64,000 nt of DNA, taken from contig OY970359.1 of NCBI GenBank assembly GCA_963718665.1, forward strand, positions 256,001 to 320,000. Direction: 5' to 3'. Every line of letters starts with the position of its first letter. Within the stretch, counting starts at the first letter, position 1. Below, piece after piece: positions 21,758 through 31,732 of this stretch. The position numbers and the translations under genes are program-made. The notes below the pieces were generated by a model, which was given only the letters and a program-made list of their open reading frames with translations, was not told the DNA's origin and ran no database searches. The DNA is from an uncultured Phycisphaerales bacterium (GTDB taxonomy: Bacteria; Planctomycetota; Phycisphaerae; Sedimentisphaerales; Anaerobacaceae).

Positions 21758-21866
21758 CTTTTAGCCCCGTAGGGGCTGAAAGTTACCCCCGCGTCTCGTT
21801 TTGAGAATCAAAACGGCGGGAGCCATCAACCTGAACGCCGAACGCTGTACGCTGAACGCTGTCTAA

Positions 21867-22601
21867 TTAACCTGCCAATCCTCGCAAACAACGCCCGCGA
21901 TTCGCCTGCCCCTGCGTTTCGTCTTGCACCCCCCTGCTTCTCTTTGTGAAGCCCCTCAACTTGTCTCGCAAGAAGCAGAGGGACAAGCAAAGCGTGGGGG
22001 CATAAGAAGCAAAACGGCCGGGGTCTTTTTCCGGAAAGTTCAACCTCGCAAACTCGCCATAATACTTTTTCGCCGCCTTATCATAAGCGTGTGCCGCTGC
22101 AATCTCGCTGTCGAATCTCCCTAACCAGATGCTTTTTTTGTTATACACAATTATGCTTGTCCATTTGCCTGTCTGCTTGCAAAAGCATACTCCCATATAT
22201 CGCGAGGAAGTATTTTTTCTCTTTCGTCTGTTTTGCATATTTTCCGCTCGCGTCGCGAAGCGCAGATTGCTCTTTCGATTATCCAATGAATCGCAATTCC
22301 TGTGGTCAACTAATCTTTCGTCGTTAGCGCCCATTATCTCTCTGTGCATAGACAGCATTATTGTCTTATACGGCTCGACAAATTTTAATCTGACCGCGTA
22401 TAAGTTATGTCCGCCGCCGTGCACAACCCATTTGAAATGTTTGAGCCGGTAATAATCCGGCTGCTCTAAAATAGTCCATTTGCCTTCGCCTAAGTAAATC
22501 CTGCGGTATGTGTAGCCGTAACGGAACAGGCGATAGGCAAGCAGTGGACAGGTGAAAATAAAGTCGAGCCAATTTTGAACTTTGATTGTAATGGTTGACA
22601 T
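21867..22601 (-). CDS. HNH endonuclease + AP2 domain protein (copy 1)
   Basis: MHREIM...VDHRNCDSLDNRKSNLR...N (HNH); SRYMGV...KW...WLGRFDSEIAAAHAYDKAAKKYYGEFARLNF (AP2); RBS GAGGAG. Confidence 0.9.
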   Translation of the reverse strand: MSTITIKVQNWLDFIFTCPLLAYRLFRYGYTYRRIYLGEGKWTILEQPDYYRLKHFKWVVHGGGHNLYAVRLKFVEPYKTIMLSMHREIMGANDERLVDHRNCDSLDNRKSNLRFATRAENMQNRRKRKNTSSRYMGVCFCKQTGKWTSIIVYNKKSIWLGRFDSEIAAAHAYDKAAKKYYGEFARLNFPEKDPGRFASYAPTLCLSLCFLRDKLRGFTKRSRGVQDETQGQANRGRCLRGLAG

Positions 22602-22609
22602 AATACTCT

Positions 22610-23017
22610 CCTCGGAGCGCAGCGCAGATCCCCGAGAACCCGCCCCATTGGTTTCGTAACAGGGGACCCACAAGAAATCCCAAATTTCAAATCACAAACA
22701 ACAAAACACAAAACGGAAATTGATTTGATTTACCTTGCGCACAAGGCGCGAAATCTGGGATTTCTATCCCCCCTACTGCCCTATCTTGGGCTACTACCCA
22801 CCTCCGGTGGATTGGACATTGGAAATTGGTTATTGGACATTCCAATCCGTCCTCCGACCTCGGTCATCCGTCCTCAGGACCACATGGTCCCTCTATATAT
22901 AGGGTGAAATTGCGATGGTTTTAAGGACTTAGGAAACTTTATTTTTCCGCCCAAAATTTGTAAGTTCTTATGGGAAAAGGAATAAAAAAAATTTCAAAAA
23001 TTGCCGGATTTTTTTGG
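22610..23017 (-). repeat. Conserved non-coding leader of the HNH-AP2 element (copy 1)
   Basis: Blocks 22610-22686 and 22847-23017 align with 45470-45587 and 45748-45918. Confidence 0.85.
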
Positions 23018-23229
23018 GGCCTCGCGAGTGAGCGTTTGATTGAATTGCCTAAATTAACATCGTTTCGCTGTAGGGAAAAGGTCTATTTTTAAGCTGAAAA
23101 CATAGTATATGCTTGTATGTGGTAGTATGCAACGGGTTTGGGGAACACAGATTTTTTAGATTAGCAACTTATTTTCATGGATTAGAAATAATCAATGTAG
23201 CTATCTTGCGGCTGACGTTATTCTGCCAA

Positions 23230-24451
23230 TCAATCCTCTAATTTTTTTATCCACCCTTCAAGCTTTTTTACATCAGAAGCCATTCCTACCTTTTTGTACA
23301 GTTCCAGGGCCTTCAACCAGTATTGGCGTACCTTGGTCTTGTCTCCTCGCTTAAGGTACACGTTTCCGAGATTGCCATAACTATTTGCCATTCCCTCAGA
23401 CCGACCAAGCCGCTCGTTAATCTCCAGCGATTTGCAGTGCATCTCTTCGGCCTTGTCAATATCGCCGCGTATCTGGTACACGATTCCGAGGTTTGACAAA
23501 ATAACCGCAGTACTTTTTTCGGAATTGATTTCCTTCGCAAGTTCCAATGCTTCACCAAGCACAGTCTCTGCGTCATTAAGCCTGTTCGTTCCAATCAAAC
23601 TGTAAACATATGTTTGCATTGCCTGCAATTGAGCCTTTTCGCTCCCGCTTTGTTTCGCTTCTTTGAAGAGACGTTCCGCCCAGTAAACCCATTCCTCGTA
23701 GTTTGTTTTTCCTCCTAAATACGCTCTTATTACTAGAAGCTCCAACCTACTTTTTGCATCTATATCATTAAGGGTTTCTCCTCCGGCAAATTCCTGATTC
23801 CAAAATCGAATCGCATCTTCGAGTTTGTTTTGACCCACAAGCGATTCAAACAGGGGTATCATATAATCTCGAATAAGTACAGACTTCTCTACCCCTCCTT
23901 GCTTAGCCCTACTTAATTGATCTCTTAGAACATCAATATCCGCGCCTGTACCTAGCGCCGGAAATCTTTTTGGAGATACTCTTCATCTCATCAGCAAGCA
24001 CCGTTTCCTGAAATCGAAATAGCATCATCCACTGGAGCAAATCATCGGCGCTGCGGAAAAGCTCGCGTTCATTCTCTGCGTTCAGCAGTAATACAGTACG
24101 TATCTTCCCCGCAGCAAGGCTTTCGCGTTGCAGATTCAGTCTTTCCCAAAAATCCTGGAGATTCTGTTCTGATTCATTTTCCTTTATCGAATCTCTCCGG
24201 ACAATAAGAACAACCTCTCCCATGCTCAGCGACCTTGAAAGCTCTCCGATTACGGGAGGATCAGCTTCTGCCTGTGCAATATGAATCGGTATCTGTGTTA
24301 AACCTCCTTGAATTCGGTTGATAATCGCATCCCCCACCAAAGGTCCCGGAACTATCACTCCGCACACTCGCCCCTCGGACTGCCTAAGAAAAGAAAGCAA
24401 CCGGCCAAGCTCATCCTCGTCCAGCTTAATTGCCGTAGTATTCAAATTCAT
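23230..24451 (-). CDS. TPR protein with uncharacterised N-terminal domain; split into two ORFs by an apparent frameshift at about 23970
   Basis: ORF 23933..24451 (LNLQRE...ADDLLQW) overlaps the open TPR frame (SNLGIVYQIRGD, YGNLGNVY), which extends well upstream of ATG 23862. Confidence 0.65.
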
Positions 24452-25790
24452 CGTTCTTTTAGATGCTCAGCCACAAGCGGATGAACTCTGTGCCATCCCT
24501 CACCATTATATTCAAGCACAGCCTGCGCCTGCAATAGAAGCAGATTGATTGGATCCGATTCGACTTTACGCGGACTCTTTTCGATATCTTTCAATCTTGC
24601 CATCATCTTCTCAACTGTTATATCGCATTTTTCATAATCTTTTGGTAACCCTACATCCCCTATCAGTCTTACCAGTTTTGCTTTAACCCGATTAAGACCG
24701 TAACGTACATCTTCTTTAATTATACATTTCTTACTACGTCCCTTTTTAATCGCCTCCTGTGCTGTCATTGCTGCGATAGCTATCGCCTCAAAAAGATGTC
24801 GTAACACCCCCCCGTCTTTTCTATTGCCAGTTCAATCGCATCATCATCTATGAGTGTCTTAATATCCATTCGTCGATCAAGGATTTGCCGAATAACTTTT
24901 CGTCCGATCTCGCATTTTTCACCATTCTTCTCTACGACCTTTATCATCGGTATCGTAACTTTCTTGAACAAACTATCCAAAATAGCCGAAGCAGGTGTAC
25001 ACAATAGCCATATTGGTGCCGTAAAAATCATTTTGCAGGAAATATCCGCCAAAGGCGCCGGATTTCTCAGAAAAATAGTATCTGTCGCCTCGATCGAAAG
25101 CTTGTCGAGATCCTCTATTATCAAAAGCATTTCGCGCTTGCTTTTTTCCTTTACGGCCAGTCTTGCCTCCTTCACAAGAATGTTCACTTGATTCACCAGC
25201 TCTGAAAGCCGATGATTTTCCCTTGTCACACACCGATGTAGAGTATTCGATCCTGTCTTGATGTCCGATTTCAGATATGCGCCTATTCCGATTAGCTTGC
25301 CAAGAATACTTTGACTTGTATCAGCGTGTGCTCCTCCCTGTAAAACCATTTCAAGTTGCTGTTCCTTGATTTCAAATGCCTCACTGAACCATTTGTATAT
25401 GGATTCAAGCGTTTTGTCATTCAGTTTAATGTTCAAATTCTTAACTTGGCGTGTTACCGCTTCAACAATCAATACCAGCAGTGCTTCCAGAGAGGCCTGA
25501 CTTAATTGCCCCTCGTCCATCATGGAAAACGATATTACGGTATAGGTAGCTATCTGTTCATCTTGAAATTTAGCAATTTCCGTTGATTTCCCAGAACCGG
25601 GATGTCCCGTTACCAGAACTTTAACGTTATTCTCTGTTTGCAGATAGTTTGCTATCTCTGTTCGTCGCGAAAGGTTGGGGTCACGGGCCTCAGCCGTTTC
25701 CTCAAATAATTCATCCAATTGACTCAGATGCAATGGTTTAAAATCCAATACTCTGAGAACATCTTCCAGTTTTTTTGCACGACTACACAT
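24448..25790 (-). CDS. P-loop (AAA/KAP-like) ATPase; frameshift in a G7 run at 24807-24813
   Basis: Walker A GHPGSGKST, Walker B LLIIEDLDK; adding one G joins KTGG to VLRHLFEAI (ORF 24448..24807). Confidence 0.8.
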
Positions 25791-26053
25791 AAAAAAACCC
25801 TTGAAATATATAATATATTTTAGCTGCTATCCTGGCGATGTCAATCGAATACCAAACCTGCTGTTGCTCGCAATGTTCATAATATACAACGTAATTGGGA
25901 GTTAGTCCAGTATTCCTTCTCTCTTCCAACTTCTCACATCTCCCTTATTTCTTTGTGTCTTTGTGGCAAAAACTATCCCCGCTTTTTTCTTTCATTGCTC
26001 TGCCTTGCGCGATAAAATCCCTGTTTTGATGGGTGATGATTCAAGGATGAAAT

Positions 26054-27532
26054 ATGCTAAAGAGCGATGTAAGGATACATCAGCCGGCGACAAAACCCCG
26101 GCGAGGATGGGAAGTGGTTACGAACGGATTTAACGGACTTGCGGGCAAACGGTTTCATTTCATAGGCGTCGGCGGTATCGGTATGAGCGGCCTGGCGATG
26201 CTCCTCTTGAAGCACAAGGCAATCGTTACCGGCTCAGACCGGAACCCCGGCGAAACAATCGACCACCTCTGCGAATTCGGCGCAGATATAAAAATAGGCC
26301 ACAAAGAGCACAATCTCAACTCGCAGGCGGACGCGGTTGTAATATCAGCCGCGATAAAAGAGGAAAACCCCGAACTGAAGCTCGCCCGCCGGGAAGGCAT
26401 CCGCGTCTATAAATACGCCGAGATGCTGGGCAAGGTGTTCCAGTTTTATCAGGGTATCGCCATATCGGGCACCCACGGCAAAAGCACTACCAGCGGCTGG
26501 CTCGCCTATCTCCTCAAACAGGCGGAATTATCGCCGAATTTCGTCGTCGGCGCAGTCGTTACCCAGCTTGCCGGCTCATCGGGCATAGGCACCGGTCTGC
26601 ATTTCGTCGCCGAGGCCTGCGAATACGACCGCAGCTTCCTGAACCTCAAACCGCAAATCGCCGTCATCCTCAATATCGAGGCAGACCACCTCGACTACTA
26701 CAAAGACGAAGCCGAAATCACCGAGGCGTTCCGCGATTTCGCGCTTGGCACAAAAAATTCGGGCGTAATCATCTTAAACAGCGAAGACAAAAACACCGCC
26801 AAAATCATCTCCGACCCGCGTCTGCTCGAAAACAACCGAAAAATCGAGACCTTTGGCTTTAGCGAGGATTGCAATTATCACCCCGCCAATATCGTCGAAA
26901 AAGAAGGTCTTTACTCATTCGACGTTTATCACAACAAGGAATTGCTCGGCTCAACTCATATAAGCGTGCCGGGCAGACATAACGTCGCCAACGCCCTTGC
27001 GGTAATCGCCGCCGCCCAAACCGCCGGCATCGCCGCAAATACAATCCTGCGGCTATTGCCCGGCTTCACAGGCGTTGACCGCCGGCTGATGCTAAAGGCG
27101 AAGGTCAATGGCATAACCATTCTCGACGATTACGCACATCACCCTACCGAGATTCGGGCGTCGCTGAAGGCGATTAAGGAGCATTACAAGCCCAAGCGGC
27201 TGTGGTGTATTTTTCAACCGCACCAGTACAGTCGAACGAGATTTTTGCTGGACGACTTCGCCGAAAGCTTCAAACTTGCCGATATTACCATTGTGCCGGA
27301 GATTTATTTCGTCCGCGATTCTCAGCAATCGAGAAAAGAGGTGAACGCCCAGGTCCTCGTCGATAAAATCCGGGCAAAAGGAAGCGAAGCTTTGTTTATT
27401 GACGGCTTCGATGCAATCTGCGATTATTTAACCAAACAAGTTCGCTCCGGCGACGTGGTCGTTACCATGGGCGCCGGCGACGTTTGGAAGGTGTCAGATG
27501 GAATTATTCAGTGGTTACGAAAAAATAGTTGA
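26054..27532 (+). CDS. murC: UDP-N-acetylmuramate--L-alanine ligase
   Basis: HFIGVGGIGMSG, GTHGKSTT, EACEYD, DDYAHHPTE. Confidence 0.96.
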   Translation: MLKSDVRIHQPATKPRRGWEVVTNGFNGLAGKRFHFIGVGGIGMSGLAMLLLKHKAIVTGSDRNPGETIDHLCEFGADIKIGHKEHNLNSQADAVVISAAIKEENPELKLARREGIRVYKYAEMLGKVFQFYQGIAISGTHGKSTTSGWLAYLLKQAELSPNFVVGAVVTQLAGSSGIGTGLHFVAEACEYDRSFLNLKPQIAVILNIEADHLDYYKDEAEITEAFRDFALGTKNSGVIILNSEDKNTAKIISDPRLLENNRKIETFGFSEDCNYHPANIVEKEGLYSFDVYHNKELLGSTHISVPGRHNVANALAVIAAAQTAGIAANTILRLLPGFTGVDRRLMLKAKVNGITILDDYAHHPTEIRASLKAIKEHYKPKRLWCIFQPHQYSRTRFLLDDFAESFKLADITIVPEIYFVRDSQQSRKEVNAQVLVDKIRAKGSEALFIDGFDAICDYLTKQVRSGDVVVTMGAGDVWKVSDGIIQWLRKNS

Positions 27533-28379
27533 AACGAAACATCCGCTGGCGAAAGAGACGTGGTACGGGCTGGGCGGACCGGCGGATTACTTTATCAGGC
27601 CGGAGGATACCAACCAGCTCGCCCAAGTTGTCAAGCGATGCAACGAAAATAAGGTGCCGATTTACGTTTTGGGATACGGTTCGAACCTTTTAGTCAGCGA
27701 CCAGGGCGTTCGCGGGGCGGTAATCCAGCTCAAAGGCGAGAAATTCTCGCAGATTAACTTCGTCAAAGAGCAGGTTGTCGCAGGCGCGGGCGTCGAGCTT
27801 AGCCGGCTTATCCTGACCTGCGCCAAAAAAGGCCTTTCGGGCCTCGAACCGCTGACGGGTATTCCCGGCTCGATAGGCGGAGCGGTGCGGATGAACTCGG
27901 GCGGAAACTTCGGCGATATCGGAACCGTCGTCGAAAGCGTTACCCTAATGGATAAAGACGGCAAAGTTTCCGAAAAGAAAAAACCGGAGCTTCAGTTCGA
28001 TTATCGCCAGACAAATATCACCGCGAAATTCATCCTCGAAGCGAAAATAAATATGACCGAGGGCGACCCGGAACAGATTACAAAAACGATTAAGGAAAAC
28101 TGGGTCTATAAGAAAAATAACCAGCCCCTCAACACCGTTAATTCGGGCTGCGTATTCAAAAACCCGAGGGGGCTATCCGCGGGAGCTATGATTGACCGCG
28201 CGGGACTAAAGGGGCTGCAAATCGGCGGGGCAATCGTCAGTGAAAAGCACGCCAACTTTTTCATAGCGCAAAAGGGCTGCACCAGCCAGGATGTTCTCCG
28301 GCTGATTGACATCGTAAAAGAAAAAGTATTAAAGCAGTTCAACGTCGAGCTGGAGCTTGAGATCGAAATCTGGAAATAA
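27498..28379 (+). CDS. murB: UDP-N-acetylenolpyruvoylglucosamine reductase
   Basis: GGPAD, GSNLL, GIPGSIGGA, GCVFKNP, KHANF, LELEI. Confidence 0.96.
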   Translation: MELFSGYEKIVETKHPLAKETWYGLGGPADYFIRPEDTNQLAQVVKRCNENKVPIYVLGYGSNLLVSDQGVRGAVIQLKGEKFSQINFVKEQVVAGAGVELSRLILTCAKKGLSGLEPLTGIPGSIGGAVRMNSGGNFGDIGTVVESVTLMDKDGKVSEKKKPELQFDYRQTNITAKFILEAKINMTEGDPEQITKTIKENWVYKKNNQPLNTVNSGCVFKNPRGLSAGAMIDRAGLKGLQIGGAIVSEKHANFFIAQKGCTSQDVLRLIDIVKEKVLKQFNVELELEIEIWK

Positions 28380-28382
28380 AAA

Positions 28383-29450
28383 ATGCGGTCTCATCCTTCT
28401 CCAAATCAAGAGTCATCACCGTCGCCTGACCAGCTCCCGATCCCGGAAGGGACGCCTTACGGCGAAGGGATGGCCAAGCCCATTAATCCGCCAGACGGAT
28501 GGCGGATAAAAGCGGCAGTCCTTATGGGCGGCATAAGCAGGGAACGCGAAGTCAGCATCCAAAGCGGCAAATGCGTTGCCGAAGCCCTGAGAAAAGCGGG
28601 CGTCAACGTCATAACCTCTGATATAAAACCCGATGCGCTGGGCATACTCGACGACGAAACAATCGATGTGTTTTTCATCGCCCTTCACGGCACATTCGGC
28701 GAAGACGGCCAACTGCAGAAAATACTCGAATCAAAAGACCTCATTTATACGGGCAGCTCCTCGGAATCCAGCCGGCTGGCATTTGACAAGTGGGAAAGCA
28801 AAAAACGATTCATCGCCGCGGGAGTAACGATGCCTGATTCGATTTTGTTCGAGCCGGGCAAAAAAAACGCTCGTCTTGAGGAACAAATCCGGCAACTCGG
28901 GTCAAAATACGTCGTCAAACCGCTTCGGGAAGGCAGCACTATCGGCATATCAATCGCGGACGACCCCAAACAAGCGGTCGAGGCCGCGAGAAAATGCGCA
29001 GCGGAGTTCGGCGACTGTATGATTGAAAAATTTATAAAGGGCAGAGAGATTACCGTGAGCATCCTCGGAAAGCAGGCCCTGCCAATTCTGGAAATACGCC
29101 CGCCCGCCGGATTTTACGATTATCACGCCAAATACATCGACGACAAAACAGAATATCTCTTCGACTCAATAAATGACCCCGCTCTGGTCGATAAAATACA
29201 GAAATCGGCGATTACCTGCTTTAATTCGCTTGGATGCAGGGGCGCCGCGAGAGTTGACTTTATTATCGGCGACGACGGCGAACCTTATGTGCTCGAAATC
29301 AACACCATTCCCGGAATGACGAGCCACTCGCTTTTACCGAAAGCCGCCGCTAAAATAGGGCTTTCAATGAGTCGGCTGTGTCTGAAAATAGTGGAGCTGG
29401 CATTGGCTGATTCTGCAATAGCCCATAAAACAACCGGCCGGAGGCAATAA
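28383..29450 (+). CDS. ddl: D-alanine--D-alanine ligase (start uncertain)
   Basis: MGGISREREVS, LHGTFGEDG, YDYHAKY, EINTIPGMT. Confidence 0.95.
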   Translation: MRSHPSPNQESSPSPDQLPIPEGTPYGEGMAKPINPPDGWRIKAAVLMGGISREREVSIQSGKCVAEALRKAGVNVITSDIKPDALGILDDETIDVFFIALHGTFGEDGQLQKILESKDLIYTGSSSESSRLAFDKWESKKRFIAAGVTMPDSILFEPGKKNARLEEQIRQLGSKYVVKPLREGSTIGISIADDPKQAVEAARKCAAEFGDCMIEKFIKGREITVSILGKQALPILEIRPPAGFYDYHAKYIDDKTEYLFDSINDPALVDKIQKSAITCFNSLGCRGAARVDFIIGDDGEPYVLEINTIPGMTSHSLLPKAAAKIGLSMSRLCLKIVELALADSAIAHKTTGRRQ

Positions 29451-29452
29451 AA

Positions 29453-30367
29453 TTGGCTGCGAAGAAAAATGGTTTTAATATATTCGGGCTTGGCTCGGAC
29501 GGCGGTAAGCTGTCCGGTAAGTCAAATATCATAGGTTATATCAAGGTAGCATTGTTTATATGCGCTTTGGTCCTGGTATTGGCAGGTTTCACGTTCTTAG
29601 ACGGATACGTAAAAAAGCAAACCGCCGGCTCGTCGGGCAATCGAACCATTGAGCTGGTAGGCGAAGTACCGAACTGGGTCAGCGAGGAGATTAAAAACAG
29701 GATTTATGCCGCCGCCACCGCTGAAGCCAACAACAGCGCTAACGACGACGAAAAAATTGCCGCCTCGGCCCAGCAAAATATCGCTCACCTCGTTCCCTGG
29801 CTTGCCGAGGCGAGGGTCCGGACCACTCACAAAAGCATACTCATCAGCGGACGCTGGCGAAAACCAATGCTCTTAGTTACCGCCGAAAAAAATAAATTCT
29901 TTATCGACGCGGATATGGTCGTTCTCGATTATTCGCCGATTGGTAATTTGCCGGTCATAAACATAACGGGTATGGAGCTTAGCAAAATCCCCCCTACCCC
30001 GGGCCAGGTCTGGCAGGGAGATGACCTCGCTGCGGCTATGGCGGTGCTCAATCGCCTCGCGCGTATGGATACCGCTGTAAGCCCCGACAAGCCGCTGCTT
30101 CACCACATCGACAGAATCGACGTCGCTAATTTTGATGGCCGGAAAAACAGACGCGAACCACACATCTCACTTTACACGAAAGACGGCACACAAATCATCT
30201 GGGGCGCGGAACTGGGAACCTGGCAAAGGCATCTCGAAAGCCCCGACGACGACAAGTTAGCCAAGCTTTATACCTACTACCAGCAGTACGGAACGCTATC
30301 GGGAGTCAAATATATCAACCTGCGAGACCCTCAGCAGAAGATTTATCTGCCGGTTGATAAGTACTAA
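29453..30367 (+). CDS. FtsQ/DivIB-like bitopic membrane protein
   Basis: Follows ddl; single N-terminal TM; C-terminal YINLRD resembles the FtsQ YIDLR motif. Confidence 0.55.
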   Translation: MAAKKNGFNIFGLGSDGGKLSGKSNIIGYIKVALFICALVLVLAGFTFLDGYVKKQTAGSSGNRTIELVGEVPNWVSEEIKNRIYAAATAEANNSANDDEKIAASAQQNIAHLVPWLAEARVRTTHKSILISGRWRKPMLLVTAEKNKFFIDADMVVLDYSPIGNLPVINITGMELSKIPPTPGQVWQGDDLAAAMAVLNRLARMDTAVSPDKPLLHHIDRIDVANFDGRKNRREPHISLYTKDGTQIIWGAELGTWQRHLESPDDDKLAKLYTYYQQYGTLSGVKYINLRDPQQKIYLPVDKY

Positions 30368-30615
30368 TTTGTAGCAGCGTTCAGCGGACAGCGTGGAGCG
30401 GACAGTCAACAGTCGTTAGTCGTCAGTATGTCGTAATTTGGATGCCGGCTGACAAAAATCGAAATAAGATTAATACCCGCCCCAGTTAACAAGTAACAAC
30501 AAATTTAGCGCAGAGAACCCTACTTCGCCAGTTGGGCTACGCAGGGCAGGCAACTGAAACCACGGAGAACTATTTTTTCAGACAAGGATTTTTAACAAGT
30601 TGAACAGGGAGCTTT

Positions 30616-31503
30616 TTAAGCTCTGAATTTTCTGATTATCGCCGCACCAAGGCCGAGAAACAATAACGTGCATGGCTCGGGAATCTGAATTGCGATACAC
30701 GCCGGATAACTCAAACCCGAAGCGAAGAGAGACATGTTTCCACTCGAATCGAATTTTTCAATCGTCCCGCTGTACCAACCGGTTGCATAAAGATTACCAC
30801 TGCTGTCGAAGACAAGACCTATAGGATTGTTAAAGTGAGAAGCAAAGGTGGTTCCGTTTCCACTGGAATCGAATTTCTCAATCGTCCCACCGTAGAAACT
30901 GGCTGCATATAGATTACCGATGCTGTCGAAAGCAAGACCCATGGGGCAGTTCAAGCCCGAAGCAAAAATGGTTTCATTTCCGCTGGTATCAAATTTTTCA
31001 ATCGTCCCGCTGCTTTGATTGGCCGCGTAAAGGTAGCCGCTACTGTCAAACGCAAGACCAAAAGGGAGTTCTAAGCCCGTGGCGAAAATGGTTCCATTTC
31101 CACTGGTATCAAATTTTTCAATCGTCCCAGTGTTTTGACTGGCCACGTAGAGATAGCCGCTGCTATCGAAGACAAGACATGTAGGTTCTGTCAAGTCCGA
31201 TACGAAGATGGTTCCGTTTCCGCTCGAATCGAATTTCTCAACCGTCCCATTGTTAAAATTAGTTGTGTAGAGATCGCCGCTGCTGTCGAAGGCAAGCCCC
31301 GTAGGGCCGTGCAATCCAGATGCGAAGGTGGTTCTGGTTCCGCTCGAATCGAATTTATAAATATTACCGGGCCCATAGAAATAGAGGAATTCAGGGTTAT
31401 AGCTTGACACATAAATATTATCGGCGAACGCGAGGGTGCTTGGCAGCAGGACCAGCACGGTTACGGCCAATATCACTGTATTTATTTTTGGGTGCGTTTT
31501 CAT
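30616..31503 (-). CDS. NHL-repeat beta-propeller PEP-CTERM protein
   Basis: About six 41-aa repeats (FASGL..P.GLAFDSSG.LY....GTIEKFD); ends IPEPCTLLFLGLGAAIIRK. Confidence 0.9.
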   Translation of the reverse strand: MKTHPKINTVILAVTVLVLLPSTLAFADNIYVSSYNPEFLYFYGPGNIYKFDSSGTRTTFASGLHGPTGLAFDSSGDLYTTNFNNGTVEKFDSSGNGTIFVSDLTEPTCLVFDSSGYLYVASQNTGTIEKFDTSGNGTIFATGLELPFGLAFDSSGYLYAANQSSGTIEKFDTSGNETIFASGLNCPMGLAFDSIGNLYAASFYGGTIEKFDSSGNGTTFASHFNNPIGLVFDSSGNLYATGWYSGTIEKFDSSGNMSLFASGLSYPACIAIQIPEPCTLLFLGLGAAIIRKFRA

Positions 31504-31732
31504 TTGTCTCTCCTTCTTTCAAATAGTTTTTGTGAATAATGTGTTTAGGAACTCCCGGCCAATTTGACCGGCTATAAACTAAGTCCACCTCAAGCGAGAA
31601 TTGTTACACTTTTTTTAGAATTTCCCCGTCTTAAGCGGATTTCCAGGGAAATAGCCCATTTTCAGGAGAAAACGGGGTCAGCCCGACCTGAACGGAGTCG
31701 AAGGGGAGTCGCTTTTTTACTCTGCGGTCTTT

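Noticed and set aside
21867..22601. IscB/HEARO or prophage assignment for the HNH genes
   Set aside because: No PLMP or RuvC motifs and no phage structural genes; the proteins are HNH-AP2
30700..31350. Regular 123-bp repeats as CRISPR or DGR
   Set aside because: They encode NHL propeller blades, and there is no reverse transcriptase in the window
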